Below the pieces are notes generated by a model. It searched no databases, was not told the DNA's origin, and saw only the letters and a program-made list of their open reading frames with translations. The position numbers and the translations under genes were made by a program. 64,000 nt of DNA from a virus. The stretch is from positions 1 to 64,000 of IMG/VR virus record IMGVR_UViG_3300047319_000185. The stretch is one strand, 5' to 3'. Positions 36,821 through 45,755 of this stretch are shown here, piece after piece; position 1 is the stretch's first letter; each line of letters begins with the position of its first letter.

Positions 36821-38039
36821 AGATAGACGCTCCTAAGTTAGATGACTTCCAAGTTCCGCCTACCAAGACTGATGGGACAGACTGTGATGTTGCAGCCGTC
36901 TGCGCAATGTTGGTAGTCACTGCTGTGTGTATCTGGTCTCTCTCTAATTGTGTACTCATCATATATGTAGAAGTGACATGACTTCCATTAGGAGAAGGTA
37001 GTTCCAGTGTATGCGTAACACCATGTACCAACCATAGACCCTCTTCATCACTTGGAAGAGAATTACCTATAAGATTTACCAGAGTATTCGGCTTGACATG
37101 AGAGTCTCCCCACAGATCACTGTCCGCAGTATTCCAGTAAAGATTGTTATTGGCATCTGCTGCTGCCTTCTGTGCAGCCTCATAGTAGGACTCAGCAGGA
37201 GCTGTGGTGTAGTACTTAGTTATTGTAGGTACGTTCAGAACGCCACCAGAAGCATTAGTAACGTTGGCTGTAGAAGTAGCCTGTACCAGATTTGCGGTAT
37301 TAGGATTAAGTCCTATAACATTTCTATTGGCTACGATACCTCCATCAGGAGTTATAGTTCCTACAATAGGTTCGAAGGATCTAATAGTATCCCAGATTCC
37401 TGGTGTATTGTATGACCAGAATTGTGGAATGTTTCTTATATTACTTCTATCCAATATCAATTGAGGATTAACAAAGTACAGATCAGTATTGTCTATATAG
37501 AATCTATAACCTATCTCGTCTGCCAACTGGCTTAGGAACTTGAAGTCACTAGTATTCTGTAGACGGTACTGAATAGCTGATGGATAGCTGTGGACAACAG
37601 AGCGGAAACCATTCTGTGTGGCTATAGTTGCTGCGATTGTAGAAGGACTAGTATGCTTCCACGCCACATTCTTGGTAGTCTGCATGACCTGAGAGGTACC
37701 TGTAATGGTGTACTGTACTGTTGTAGTTGTAAGACCATTGTAACCAGGATCGGCACCAGAACGTAGAAGCTTATACGATGCCACATATCCTAGGAATGGA
37801 TATACGAAGTAAGGCTTCATTCCATAGTTGATAGTTACAGGTGTCTGCTCAGGTATATACTGCCAGCTATTTTTCTTATTCTGCGCGACATTCTTTCCTA
37901 CATAAACAACATTGAGTAAAGCAATAGTGTGTGAATTAGTATTCTGAAGGATCTGTACACAAGGAGTGTACTGAGGAACTCTCTGGTTCCCGTTGATAAG
38001 AACTTCAAAGTATGGAACTGATGGAGAAGGATTAAGCAT
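36810..38039 (-). CDS. baseplate hub protein (gp27/gpD-like)
   Basis: Q.TSDFKFL.QLADEIGY.FYI, G.WLV.GVTH. Confidence 0.85.
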   Translation of the reverse strand: MLNPSPSVPYFEVLINGNQRVPQYTPCVQILQNTNSHTIALLNVVYVGKNVAQNKKNSWQYIPEQTPVTINYGMKPYFVYPFLGYVASYKLLRSGADPGYNGLTTTTVQYTITGTSQVMQTTKNVAWKHTSPSTIAATIATQNGFRSVVHSYPSAIQYRLQNTSDFKFLSQLADEIGYRFYIDNTDLYFVNPQLILDRSNIRNIPQFWSYNTPGIWDTIRSFEPIVGTITPDGGIVANRNVIGLNPNTANLVQATSTANVTNASGGVLNVPTITKYYTTAPAESYYEAAQKAAADANNNLYWNTADSDLWGDSHVKPNTLVNLIGNSLPSDEEGLWLVHGVTHTLELPSPNGSHVTSTYMMSTQLERDQIHTAVTTNIAQTAATSQSVPSVLVGGTWKSSNLGASIYAT

Positions 38040-38313
38040 TAGGCACTCTGATCTGTGTACCAGCAGGCACACTGTCCCAGAACAGGATCTCAGGATTCAC
38101 GTTAGCTATTCTCCACCACTGGGTCTCATCACCATATGCAGAGAAAGAAAGGTAGTCTATCTGGTCACCATCACTCCACACATGCACTGCGATGTTGTAT
38201 GTCAGTGGCTGCGTGGGAGGAGTAATAATTATAGTAGGTCTGGAAACATTATTCCTATCAGCAATAGGAATAACAGTATTGTCTGCGTAACGACTGAAGA
38301 CACTGATTGTCAT
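38032..38313 (-). CDS. LysM-like tail X / gp53-like protein
   Basis: GDQID.LS..AYGD.TQWWRIA.VNP..G..IRVP. Confidence 0.88.
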   Translation of the reverse strand: MTISVFSRYADNTVIPIADRNNVSRPTIIITPPTQPLTYNIAVHVWSDGDQIDYLSFSAYGDETQWWRIANVNPEILFWDSVPAGTQIRVPNA

Positions 38314-38321
38314 AGTTACTC

Positions 38322-39104
38322 CTATCCCGCGATGTTGTAGTTATTGGATGATGTAGGCAGAACTGTAAAGGTTACATCCACTTCAGCTCTTACAGGAACC
38401 ATGGCAGCACTGAAATGGCTCCATGTGATATCCATACCGGATATAAATCCGTAGAAGGATAGAGCGCCTGGACTATTAGCCCCGAAGTAAAGGTTACAAG
38501 GAGATACGATCATTGGTCCTTGAATGGTTACGTTGGTTTTCTGGGTACCATTGCTACCCTGCTGAGGATTTACTACACTCTGTGTAGCTGCCACAGAGGT
38601 ATTAATACCTACCAGATTGTACAGAGATTCTATATCTGCTCTTGCTCCATAAGTACCCGCAATAGTTCCTGTATAACTACTATCCCACAACTCAAAGGTT
38701 CTATCAAAGAGTAGGGCAAAAGAAATAGTAGTAGAAAGACCAGTAGCATACTGACCTGTGTCACTCTGATTTCTAGCACTGGCCGGAAGAATACCAGAGT
38801 TCATATCAATAGCTCTGGACTCATAGATAGTAGCAGGATTATAAAGGAAGTTCACTATATAACTTACGTTAGTAGGAACTCCATAATAGGCTCCTGCTCC
38901 ACCTACAAGCTTTCCTCTTTGCAGATTTCCACCAGAGTTATATCCGAAACCATTGTTCAGTCTTGGATTGGTGGCAGAATTTCCACCACCCACATTAAGA
39001 ATGCTGGGATGGAAGGGTGGATTGGAAACCACATTGGAACCTGGCTTACCACTTAGTGTCGGATACAGATTACCGGAGATCGGCTCATCAACTGTGCTTG
39101 GCAT
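38322..39104 (-). CDS. tail tube initiator protein
   Basis: FLYNP, F.LLFDR, F...MVP.RA motifs; position after tape measure. Confidence 0.75.
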   Translation of the reverse strand: MPSTVDEPISGNLYPTLSGKPGSNVVSNPPFHPSILNVGGGNSATNPRLNNGFGYNSGGNLQRGKLVGGAGAYYGVPTNVSYIVNFLYNPATIYESRAIDMNSGILPASARNQSDTGQYATGLSTTISFALLFDRTFELWDSSYTGTIAGTYGARADIESLYNLVGINTSVAATQSVVNPQQGSNGTQKTNVTIQGPMIVSPCNLYFGANSPGALSFYGFISGMDITWSHFSAAMVPVRAEVDVTFTVLPTSSNNYNIAG

Positions 39105-42067
39105 TACTGTCCAATCTGTAGGGTAGAGATACGAAGCTGCTCAGCAACAGCCTTGGTAACAGCCTTGCCGATATCCTGGGCGTCCTGGTAGGAACCAGTG
39201 AATGTACTTGGTAGGTTAACAGTAACACCACCAAGATGTATGGTTGCTCCTGAACCTGCCGCATTCTTCTTTACATTAGGATTGTTGGTGCTGTTTATAA
39301 GAGTTTGACGAATGGTCTCAGCCTGCTGTGCAGGAATAATCATCTCGCCCTTGTGAACAGTTGCTCCCTGATCCTTGTCAATATTCCACGCACCAGCCGC
39401 ATACCAGTTGTTCTTCTGGTGGAATGCCCATGCTGAATCAGGAGAACCGTAACGTCCCTTGATATAGTCCATCATCCAAGAGAGCTGAGTATCTCCGTTG
39501 GTCTTCCAGTCTGATCCTGCACTAGCCATCTTGGATGCTGGTAGAGACTGCGGAAGACCATAAGCACCTGATGAAGGATTGGTTGCGTGTATGTCCCAAC
39601 CTGCTTCAGACATTTCAAGAGCATTGAATGATCCCCACTGACCTCCCCAACCATACTTGGCAAGCAGAGCCTTGGCATAGGACTGTAGCGCGGACTTGCT
39701 GTTGTTCCCATTAGCCACTGGAGTAGAGCCTGTAGGAGATCCGGCAGAGCTGACACCTGATGCTGTAGTAGAAGATGCTTGAGAAGTTACTGGTGATCCG
39801 CCAATTCCAGACAAGGCTGCTGCAACAATATCTGCTTCACTGGTTCCGCCAATTCCCAGGTCTCCACCGCTTCTACTCTGTGAAGTGCTCAGCGTACTGG
39901 AACTAGCAGAGGTACCTGTAGTAGATCCACTGTTGCCTACAGATCCTACAATTCTTCCCGCATTATCGAATTCACCAGGATTAAGGGAACGAATACGAAC
40001 CTTGGCACCAGGATGAGGAGCTTCAATGATCTGTCCGCCACCAATGGACATAACAACATGGTGAGCTGGGTTACCGACGAATAGAAGGTCACCAGCTTGA
40101 GTCTTGTTCTTGTCCACTGCCTTTGCAGACTTCTGCTGATCAGCAGCAACACGTGGAATCTTTACACCAGCTTGTGAGTATGCCCACTGAGTTAGACCAG
40201 AACAGTCCATGGCCTTTCCTGGTGTTTCTCCTCCCCAGACATACGGAACACCTAACTGAGTCTCGGCGGCTCGGATAACAGATGAAGCATTGGCTCCAGA
40301 ACCTGAGGAAGAACCATTACCTACAGAAGTTCCACTAAGAGTATTACTAGACGCCTGACCATATCCACCAGGAGCAGTTGGAGGTGTATATCCTCCACCC
40401 AGCATTTGAAGATACTTGGGATCAACATTTGCACCAGGATGCGCAGCAAACCATTCCTTGGCCTTCGCAGCTCTCACGCTCTGGCTCTTGCCCATGTAAT
40501 TGAACATGGCACTTTCAAAAGATGAAGTGTCTGCACCACCCCTATTGGTTCTACTGTTTATAGTATTCTGCGTAGTCTGTCCCGCAAGAGCAGCAGCACC
40601 TAGGGCACCTGCACCAGGAAGCATTCTTGCTAGCAGTCCTGTACTTGCTGCACCACCTGCGACAGTAGTTACGTTGTAAACGCCATTGGCACCCATAGCC
40701 CCTAAACCACTTGTTGCGCCTCTACCAAACAAACTCCCTAGGAGCCCGCCTGAGCCTCCCAAAAGTCTAGAGACACCTAATAGACCTGCGCCTGCTCCAA
40801 AGGCCCCAGAGAAGCCTCCTAGGGCGTTAGAGACAGGACTGGCAGCTCCCGCTCCGATACCTAGAAGCTTGTCCATCCCAGTTGCCTTAATCATGGCTGT
40901 CATAGCCTGACTGAACTGGTTGATTACATTAGTAGTCTTGGTGAAAGCAGATGCCATTGTCTCGTTGACATCTTCCTGACGAGTCATCTGTGTTGAGCTG
41001 AGATTACGCTGTGCCTCAAATGCTGAGGTTCCGATACCTACACTCTTCAGTCTGGAGATAGCATTCTTATTTCCACCAGCGGCCTGCTGTGTAAGAGTGG
41101 AGTATTGGGCAGAAGAGATTCCCTTGTTCTGTGCTGTTACCTGTCCCTGTAGATAGTTCTGGTATTCCTGAATAGTATTCTGGTTCCAGCCCATCTGAGC
41201 ACCCCAGGACTGCATGTTCACATTAAGTGATCCACCCTGTTGGATAGCAGCATTGAACTGTGCAGCAGTAAGCTTCTGATTACCGAAGGTTCTCTGCATC
41301 ATTCCCTGTGCAATAGAACTCATGGAAGCATTGCGTCCTAGACTTCCCAGTCCGTAAGCCTGTCCCATGATTCTGGAACGAGCTGAGAATGTTTGCTGAG
41401 CTGCTGTAGCAGAAGTTGCGGCACCCATAGTAGGACTCAGGTATCCGAAAGCATTAGCCTGTCGGCTACCGTTTACAAAGGCAGGATTAGACTGACCATT
41501 AAATACAGCATTACCGAAGGTGTACTGATTTATGTATGCAGCCTGAGCAGCATCAGTAGTATTAAGAGCGGCATAGTTATTAGCGAATGCACTACGCATG
41601 GCCACGTTGTTGCCTGTAGTTCCGCCACCAGCAAGAGCAGACTGTGAACCATAGAAGTTCATCTGCATCATGTTGGACATGTTCTTGTTGCCGTACTGGG
41701 TCAAGGCAGAAGCCACACCCATTGCAGCACCGACACCAGCAGACAGACGAGACCCAGCACCTAGTGCGCCAAATCCTCCGCCACCTCCATTGGATCTAGT
41801 TCCACCCTGGCGACCGGCACCACCAAAGGAGCCACCACCTCCATTAGAGCTGTAGCGATTACTATTGGAACCTGCATTCCACCCTGATGCGGATGAGGAA
41901 GTGCCTGTAGAGCGCTTGGTAGAACCAGTCAACCCATCAATACTGCTGACTAGCTTCCCTACATCCGCGCTCATTTTATTAACTTGTGTCGTTAACGAAT
42001 CAACCGCCTGCTGAAGACCATTGGTCCCCAACAAGCGGCTGGCTCCGATATTGTTTTCCTCAGCCAC
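39104..42067 (-). CDS. tape measure protein with NlpC/P60 and lytic transglycosylase domains
   Basis: A/G/Q-rich body; PYVWGG..DCSGL..H; EAGW..A.NPSSGAYGLPQ..YIKGRYGSP..WY. Confidence 0.92.
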   Translation of the reverse strand: MAEENNIGASRLLGTNGLQQAVDSLTTQVNKMSADVGKLVSSIDGLTGSTKRSTGTSSSASGWNAGSNSNRYSSNGGGGSFGGAGRQGGTRSNGGGGGFGALGAGSRLSAGVGAAMGVASALTQYGNKNMSNMMQMNFYGSQSALAGGGTTGNNVAMRSAFANNYAALNTTDAAQAAYINQYTFGNAVFNGQSNPAFVNGSRQANAFGYLSPTMGAATSATAAQQTFSARSRIMGQAYGLGSLGRNASMSSIAQGMMQRTFGNQKLTAAQFNAAIQQGGSLNVNMQSWGAQMGWNQNTIQEYQNYLQGQVTAQNKGISSAQYSTLTQQAAGGNKNAISRLKSVGIGTSAFEAQRNLSSTQMTRQEDVNETMASAFTKTTNVINQFSQAMTAMIKATGMDKLLGIGAGAASPVSNALGGFSGAFGAGAGLLGVSRLLGGSGGLLGSLFGRGATSGLGAMGANGVYNVTTVAGGAASTGLLARMLPGAGALGAAALAGQTTQNTINSRTNRGGADTSSFESAMFNYMGKSQSVRAAKAKEWFAAHPGANVDPKYLQMLGGGYTPPTAPGGYGQASSNTLSGTSVGNGSSSGSGANASSVIRAAETQLGVPYVWGGETPGKAMDCSGLTQWAYSQAGVKIPRVAADQQKSAKAVDKNKTQAGDLLFVGNPAHHVVMSIGGGQIIEAPHPGAKVRIRSLNPGEFDNAGRIVGSVGNSGSTTGTSASSSTLSTSQSRSGGDLGIGGTSEADIVAAALSGIGGSPVTSQASSTTASGVSSAGSPTGSTPVANGNNSKSALQSYAKALLAKYGWGGQWGSFNALEMSEAGWDIHATNPSSGAYGLPQSLPASKMASAGSDWKTNGDTQLSWMMDYIKGRYGSPDSAWAFHQKNNWYAAGAWNIDKDQGATVHKGEMIIPAQQAETIRQTLINSTNNPNVKKNAAGSGATIHLGGVTVNLPSTFTGSYQDAQDIGKAVTKAVAEQLRISTLQIGQ

Positions 42068-42101
42068 TTAGGTCTCCTAGGGTAAGTCGTTACTCTCAAT
42101 T

Positions 42102-42339
42102 TTACCTCATGGGTACTCCACCGAAAGTAGCCCCAGCTCCTACAGGTCTAGTAATGACTTGAGTAGAGTTATTAGCTTGATGCATCTGTTCGTACTGCTG
42201 CTCTAGCTTGTAAAGGTAGCGCTTTACCCAGTGCTTGCGTTCCCTGTATGTTAGCTTGCGTGAATCGAAAATAGACCAGTTGAATCCCTCTTGGAGTTGT
42301 TCGTATTCCTTGTAGAGGGATTCGTAATTAGAGTTCCCG
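42102..42339 (-). CDS. tail assembly chaperone C-terminal extension (gp51/GT-like), probably reached by +1 frameshift
   Basis: LY.E...L...F.WS......L..RER..W motif; +1 frame of upstream gene; no independent RBS/start. Confidence 0.65.
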
Positions 42340-43191
42340 AAACAGAATACCCACATTGAGTGGGACAGGAACCTCTCCTTCGCACGCATGGCACTTTGCA
42401 AATACCTTGTCGTAGCGTGGTCCAGGCTGGTTGTTGTATATGTACTCTTGCAGAGTATTTCTGTCAGCGATACTCATTCTCTTTACATCTGCCAGACCGT
42501 TGCTCATCTTCTCGGAGCCATCAGCTTCAGTGAAAGAGATAACACAGTTGGCAAGGGTTATGCTGTTCATTTCAGGAAGGGTCAGTACGTTCTTGAATAT
42601 TTCATTCTGTACAGCACCAGTAGGGAAATTGATCTTTGCCTTACGTCCCTTACGAAGTTCTACAAGGAACTCTCGTTCCTCAGGATCATCAAGCTTGCCA
42701 ACAGGGATGTCCTTGAGATCCATGGAAAGGTCATTGCTCTCGTCACAATGAGGACAAGTAACATTGAATACCTCAAACTCGTCACCGAAAGTCGCACGAC
42801 GAATACCCAGCATCAGCATGTCCAGGTCTCCCTGCATCATGGAATCAAGAAGATCCTGCGTAGCCTTCTTGTCTCCTACAGATACCGTTCCACACAGTAG
42901 GAGAGTATTGATGTACTTGGCGGGGTTGGTAGCAGATCTAGCCTTTGCTATCTTTTCCTCATGCTCACCATTGAGTTCCTGTACCTCTGCATCCTGACGA
43001 ATCTTTCCATCAATCTCGATACCCGCAGGAAGTTTTACATAGGTATCGGGCAGTTCCTCAATGGAAGGGGCAGGCTGTAGGGAATGAAGAACTCTCTTTG
43101 TAAGCTCATGAAGTTCTTGATCTGTACCCTTACCTACCTGCCCCTTGTCATCATCAAAGGACATTGAGTATTCTGGCTTTTGGTATTCCAT
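42328..43191 (-). CDS. tail assembly chaperone / T4 gp26-like hub assembly protein
   Basis: LP.G..ELNG.HEE, D..L..IR..TFG, CPHC, C-terminal CHAC..LFREL. Confidence 0.8.
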   Translation of the reverse strand: MEYQKPEYSMSFDDDKGQVGKGTDQELHELTKRVLHSLQPAPSIEELPDTYVKLPAGIEIDGKIRQDAEVQELNGEHEEKIAKARSATNPAKYINTLLLCGTVSVGDKKATQDLLDSMMQGDLDMLMLGIRRATFGDEFEVFNVTCPHCDESNDLSMDLKDIPVGKLDDPEEREFLVELRKGRKAKINFPTGAVQNEIFKNVLTLPEMNSITLANCVISFTEADGSEKMSNGLADVKRMSIADRNTLQEYIYNNQPGPRYDKVFAKCHACEGEVPVPLNVGILFREL

Positions 43192-43235
43192 TAATTCTCC
43201 AAATATTGTCACGAAAGGTTATACATCAGTCTAGC

Positions 43236-43811
43236 TTAAAAGTTAACTCCGCTCAAGCCAATCTGTGAAGCCAGCTTATAATCGAATCCTTCGTGAGCCA
43301 ATGAGATCTGCTGCATAAGAACAGCGTTGGCTCCAGCATCTAGATCAGAGAATGCCATGGAAGTAATCCATGCATTGTAGATTCTATAGATAGCCTTGAC
43401 AGGAACAGTTGGTGTGGTTACTGGGTGGTCCAGAACCATGACATCAACTGTTGCGCGGAAATCCTGACCTGGAGAACCTGTTCCTGTTCCCTGCATTACT
43501 GTGAATAGTTCGCGCATCCACTGCCACATAGGTCCAGAACCAACTGCTACACCTTGGGATAAAGTAATTGGTGCGAAGTCACTCTGCCCGGGCATTTTCT
43601 GTGTTGTCGTGTTCATTCCACCTTCACGATATGGAATAACTTCAGTGGTTACATTCAAACCACTTACAGTCATGAATCCCATAGTAGTGAAACCAGAAAT
43701 ATGTGGGTGCATGATATTTACATTGAACTTGAAATTTCTTAGTGGATCTGTGGCCAAGTGAGCAATAGACGGAGTTGCCTTAGCTGTAGGCGCGGTTACA
43801 GTAGTAGCCAT
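43236..43811 (-). CDS. tail tube protein (T4 gp19-like)
   Basis: DPLRNFKF, SGL..EVI.YREGG..KMPG..ITL.QG, NAW..SDLDA..HEG. Confidence 0.95.
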   Translation of the reverse strand: MATTVTAPTAKATPSIAHLATDPLRNFKFNVNIMHPHISGFTTMGFMTVSGLNVTTEVIPYREGGMNTTTQKMPGQSDFAPITLSQGVAVGSGPMWQWMRELFTVMQGTGTGSPGQDFRATVDVMVLDHPVTTPTVPVKAIYRIYNAWITSMAFSDLDAGANAVLMQQISLAHEGFDYKLASQIGLSGVNF

Positions 43812-43823
43812 TTAACTATCCCC

Positions 43824-45722
43824 TTATCCGGTAGTTGTTGTAGAAGCGGCCATCTGGTTAATGTCGATCACAACGAACTCAGCAGGACTGTTAAGAGCCA
43901 AACCAACTTGTACGTGGACTTCGCCAGCAGCGATGGTTGTTGGAGTATTGTTTCCAGAGTCGCACTCTACAAAGAATGCCTGACTTGCTGTGTCTCCGTT
44001 AAGAACACCCTGCTGCCAAATTCCCTGTAGATATTGACTTACTACAGCAGAAAGTCTTGCCCATAGGTTTGCATTGTTGTTCTCGAAGATTGCAAACTGA
44101 GTAGCCTGTGTCAGCGTGTACTGGATATTCATAAGAGTACGCTCAATGGATACATAGCGACTAGGTAGTGTAGGTAGAAGAGTTCTTGCACCCATAACAC
44201 AGAATCCATAAGATGAAATATTACGGATGATGTTAATACCATTGGAGTTCAGGGTATCCAGGTTGGTATTCTGGAATGCCAGTTCAACTCCTGCAACTCT
44301 CTGAAGAGGAATGGTTACACCAGCAGGAGACTTCTGTACACCAACCTGAGCATCTGTCTGAGAGTACAGACCTAGAACAGCCCCACCAGGTGGAAGAGTT
44401 CTTGTAGCACCAGGTGTAGAAGAAACAGGATCTGGAACCTGTACCCATGGAGCGTAGATAGAAGCGGCAGATGTAGGAGTGATCTGACTATTTCCCACAA
44501 CCATATTCAGGTAGCTGTTCACAGTAGCGGACTCATTAGGCGTAAATCCGTCAGTTCCGATTGTTGCAGGTGGCGCATCAATTACTGTGAAGATATTAGG
44601 AACAGACTCTGTCCAAGCAAGAATAGGATTCAGAGTAGTTGTGGATGTAACACCAGGAAGATTCAGATCAAGATTGCCCTGAATAGTATTCAGAGTCTGT
44701 GTGGCAGTCAGAAGACTTGGAGTAGCTGACCCGTCAGCACCAGATGCAAGAGCTATAGGAGACTGGTCTTGTGGGGTGATGGCAGTAGTCCAGGTTGTAT
44801 ACGCGCCTAGGTCAACAGCATGAATGTACTTGGACCCTAGCAACGTAGAGTTAATCATGGATACTGCATAGCGCTGATCAGTTCTGTTCATTGTCACATC
44901 AATGAAACGCTCAACGATCATTGCGTCAGCGGTTCCACCATAGCGTACAGTCAGATTAAATCTTCCTACACCATTGACAGAGTCAGTGATATCGATGAAG
45001 ATCTGATTCCCCCAAGCTCCCACAGAGATACAGGAAAGCTTCAGAATTGGTACGGCAGTTCCAGTTGTATTGTAAAGAGGAATAGCTGTTGTAGGTGTGA
45101 AGCTACCATCATCAGTGAATGTAACTGTTGGGGAGGTAACAGAGCTTAGTAGTAGTGGAGTAGATAGTGGTCCACCAAGTGTAAGGTTACGACGGTAAAT
45201 CTTGTAACTGGTTGCTGTAGCTACAGCGGTCCAGGTAAGTACAACATTATTAGTCACAGTAAGAGTCTGGTTGGCGATAGCCTGTACAGGTACAGAACCA
45301 TTGGTTTCACCAGGAGACTTCACAGCAGTAACAGTGTACTCGTATGTGTAAGAAGGTGTAGTAGTTCCACCTGGTGTTGCACCAAGACCTGTTGGAGGAA
45401 GGATTGCTCCTACTCCTGCTTCACGGTCATTAAGAGTCTCGTTAGCTGCTACAGCATCAGAAGCTGCTGCGCGAACTACATAGCACTGATTTCCATTATT
45501 GGCGAAGTACTGCCATACGGCAAAGGGAAGATAGTTAGTGCCATTTCCGAATCCGCCGAACTGATCCACGAACTGGTTCCAACTATTTACAAGGGTTGGC
45601 TGAGTTGGTCCCTGAGTGTGAACACCCACGAACGCAGCCGTAGCTGCACCAGGACTATTGGTCCCAATGGTCAGCGGAGTCAATGATGTATTAACATATA
45701 CACCAGGACGCTGATATGTCAT
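43824..45722 (-). CDS. tail sheath protein
   Basis: YQRPGVYV, YF.NGG, PP.GAV.G, KSPAG, GART, FE.N, PAEFV. Confidence 0.97.
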   Translation of the reverse strand: MTYQRPGVYVNTSLTPLTIGTNSPGAATAAFVGVHTQGPTQPTLVNSWNQFVDQFGGFGNGTNYLPFAVWQYFANNGNQCYVVRAAASDAVAANETLNDREAGVGAILPPTGLGATPGGTTTPSYTYEYTVTAVKSPGETNGSVPVQAIANQTLTVTNNVVLTWTAVATATSYKIYRRNLTLGGPLSTPLLLSSVTSPTVTFTDDGSFTPTTAIPLYNTTGTAVPILKLSCISVGAWGNQIFIDITDSVNGVGRFNLTVRYGGTADAMIVERFIDVTMNRTDQRYAVSMINSTLLGSKYIHAVDLGAYTTWTTAITPQDQSPIALASGADGSATPSLLTATQTLNTIQGNLDLNLPGVTSTTTLNPILAWTESVPNIFTVIDAPPATIGTDGFTPNESATVNSYLNMVVGNSQITPTSAASIYAPWVQVPDPVSSTPGATRTLPPGGAVLGLYSQTDAQVGVQKSPAGVTIPLQRVAGVELAFQNTNLDTLNSNGINIIRNISSYGFCVMGARTLLPTLPSRYVSIERTLMNIQYTLTQATQFAIFENNNANLWARLSAVVSQYLQGIWQQGVLNGDTASQAFFVECDSGNNTPTTIAAGEVHVQVGLALNSPAEFVVIDINQMAASTTTTG

Positions 45723-45755
45723 TAATATCTCCTAGCTAGGTAATTAATTGGTGGC

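Noticed and set aside
36167-45722. Extracellular contractile injection system or tailocin
   Set aside because: Sheath, tube and baseplate genes are contiguous with capsid, portal, terminase and replication genes, so this is a complete phage.
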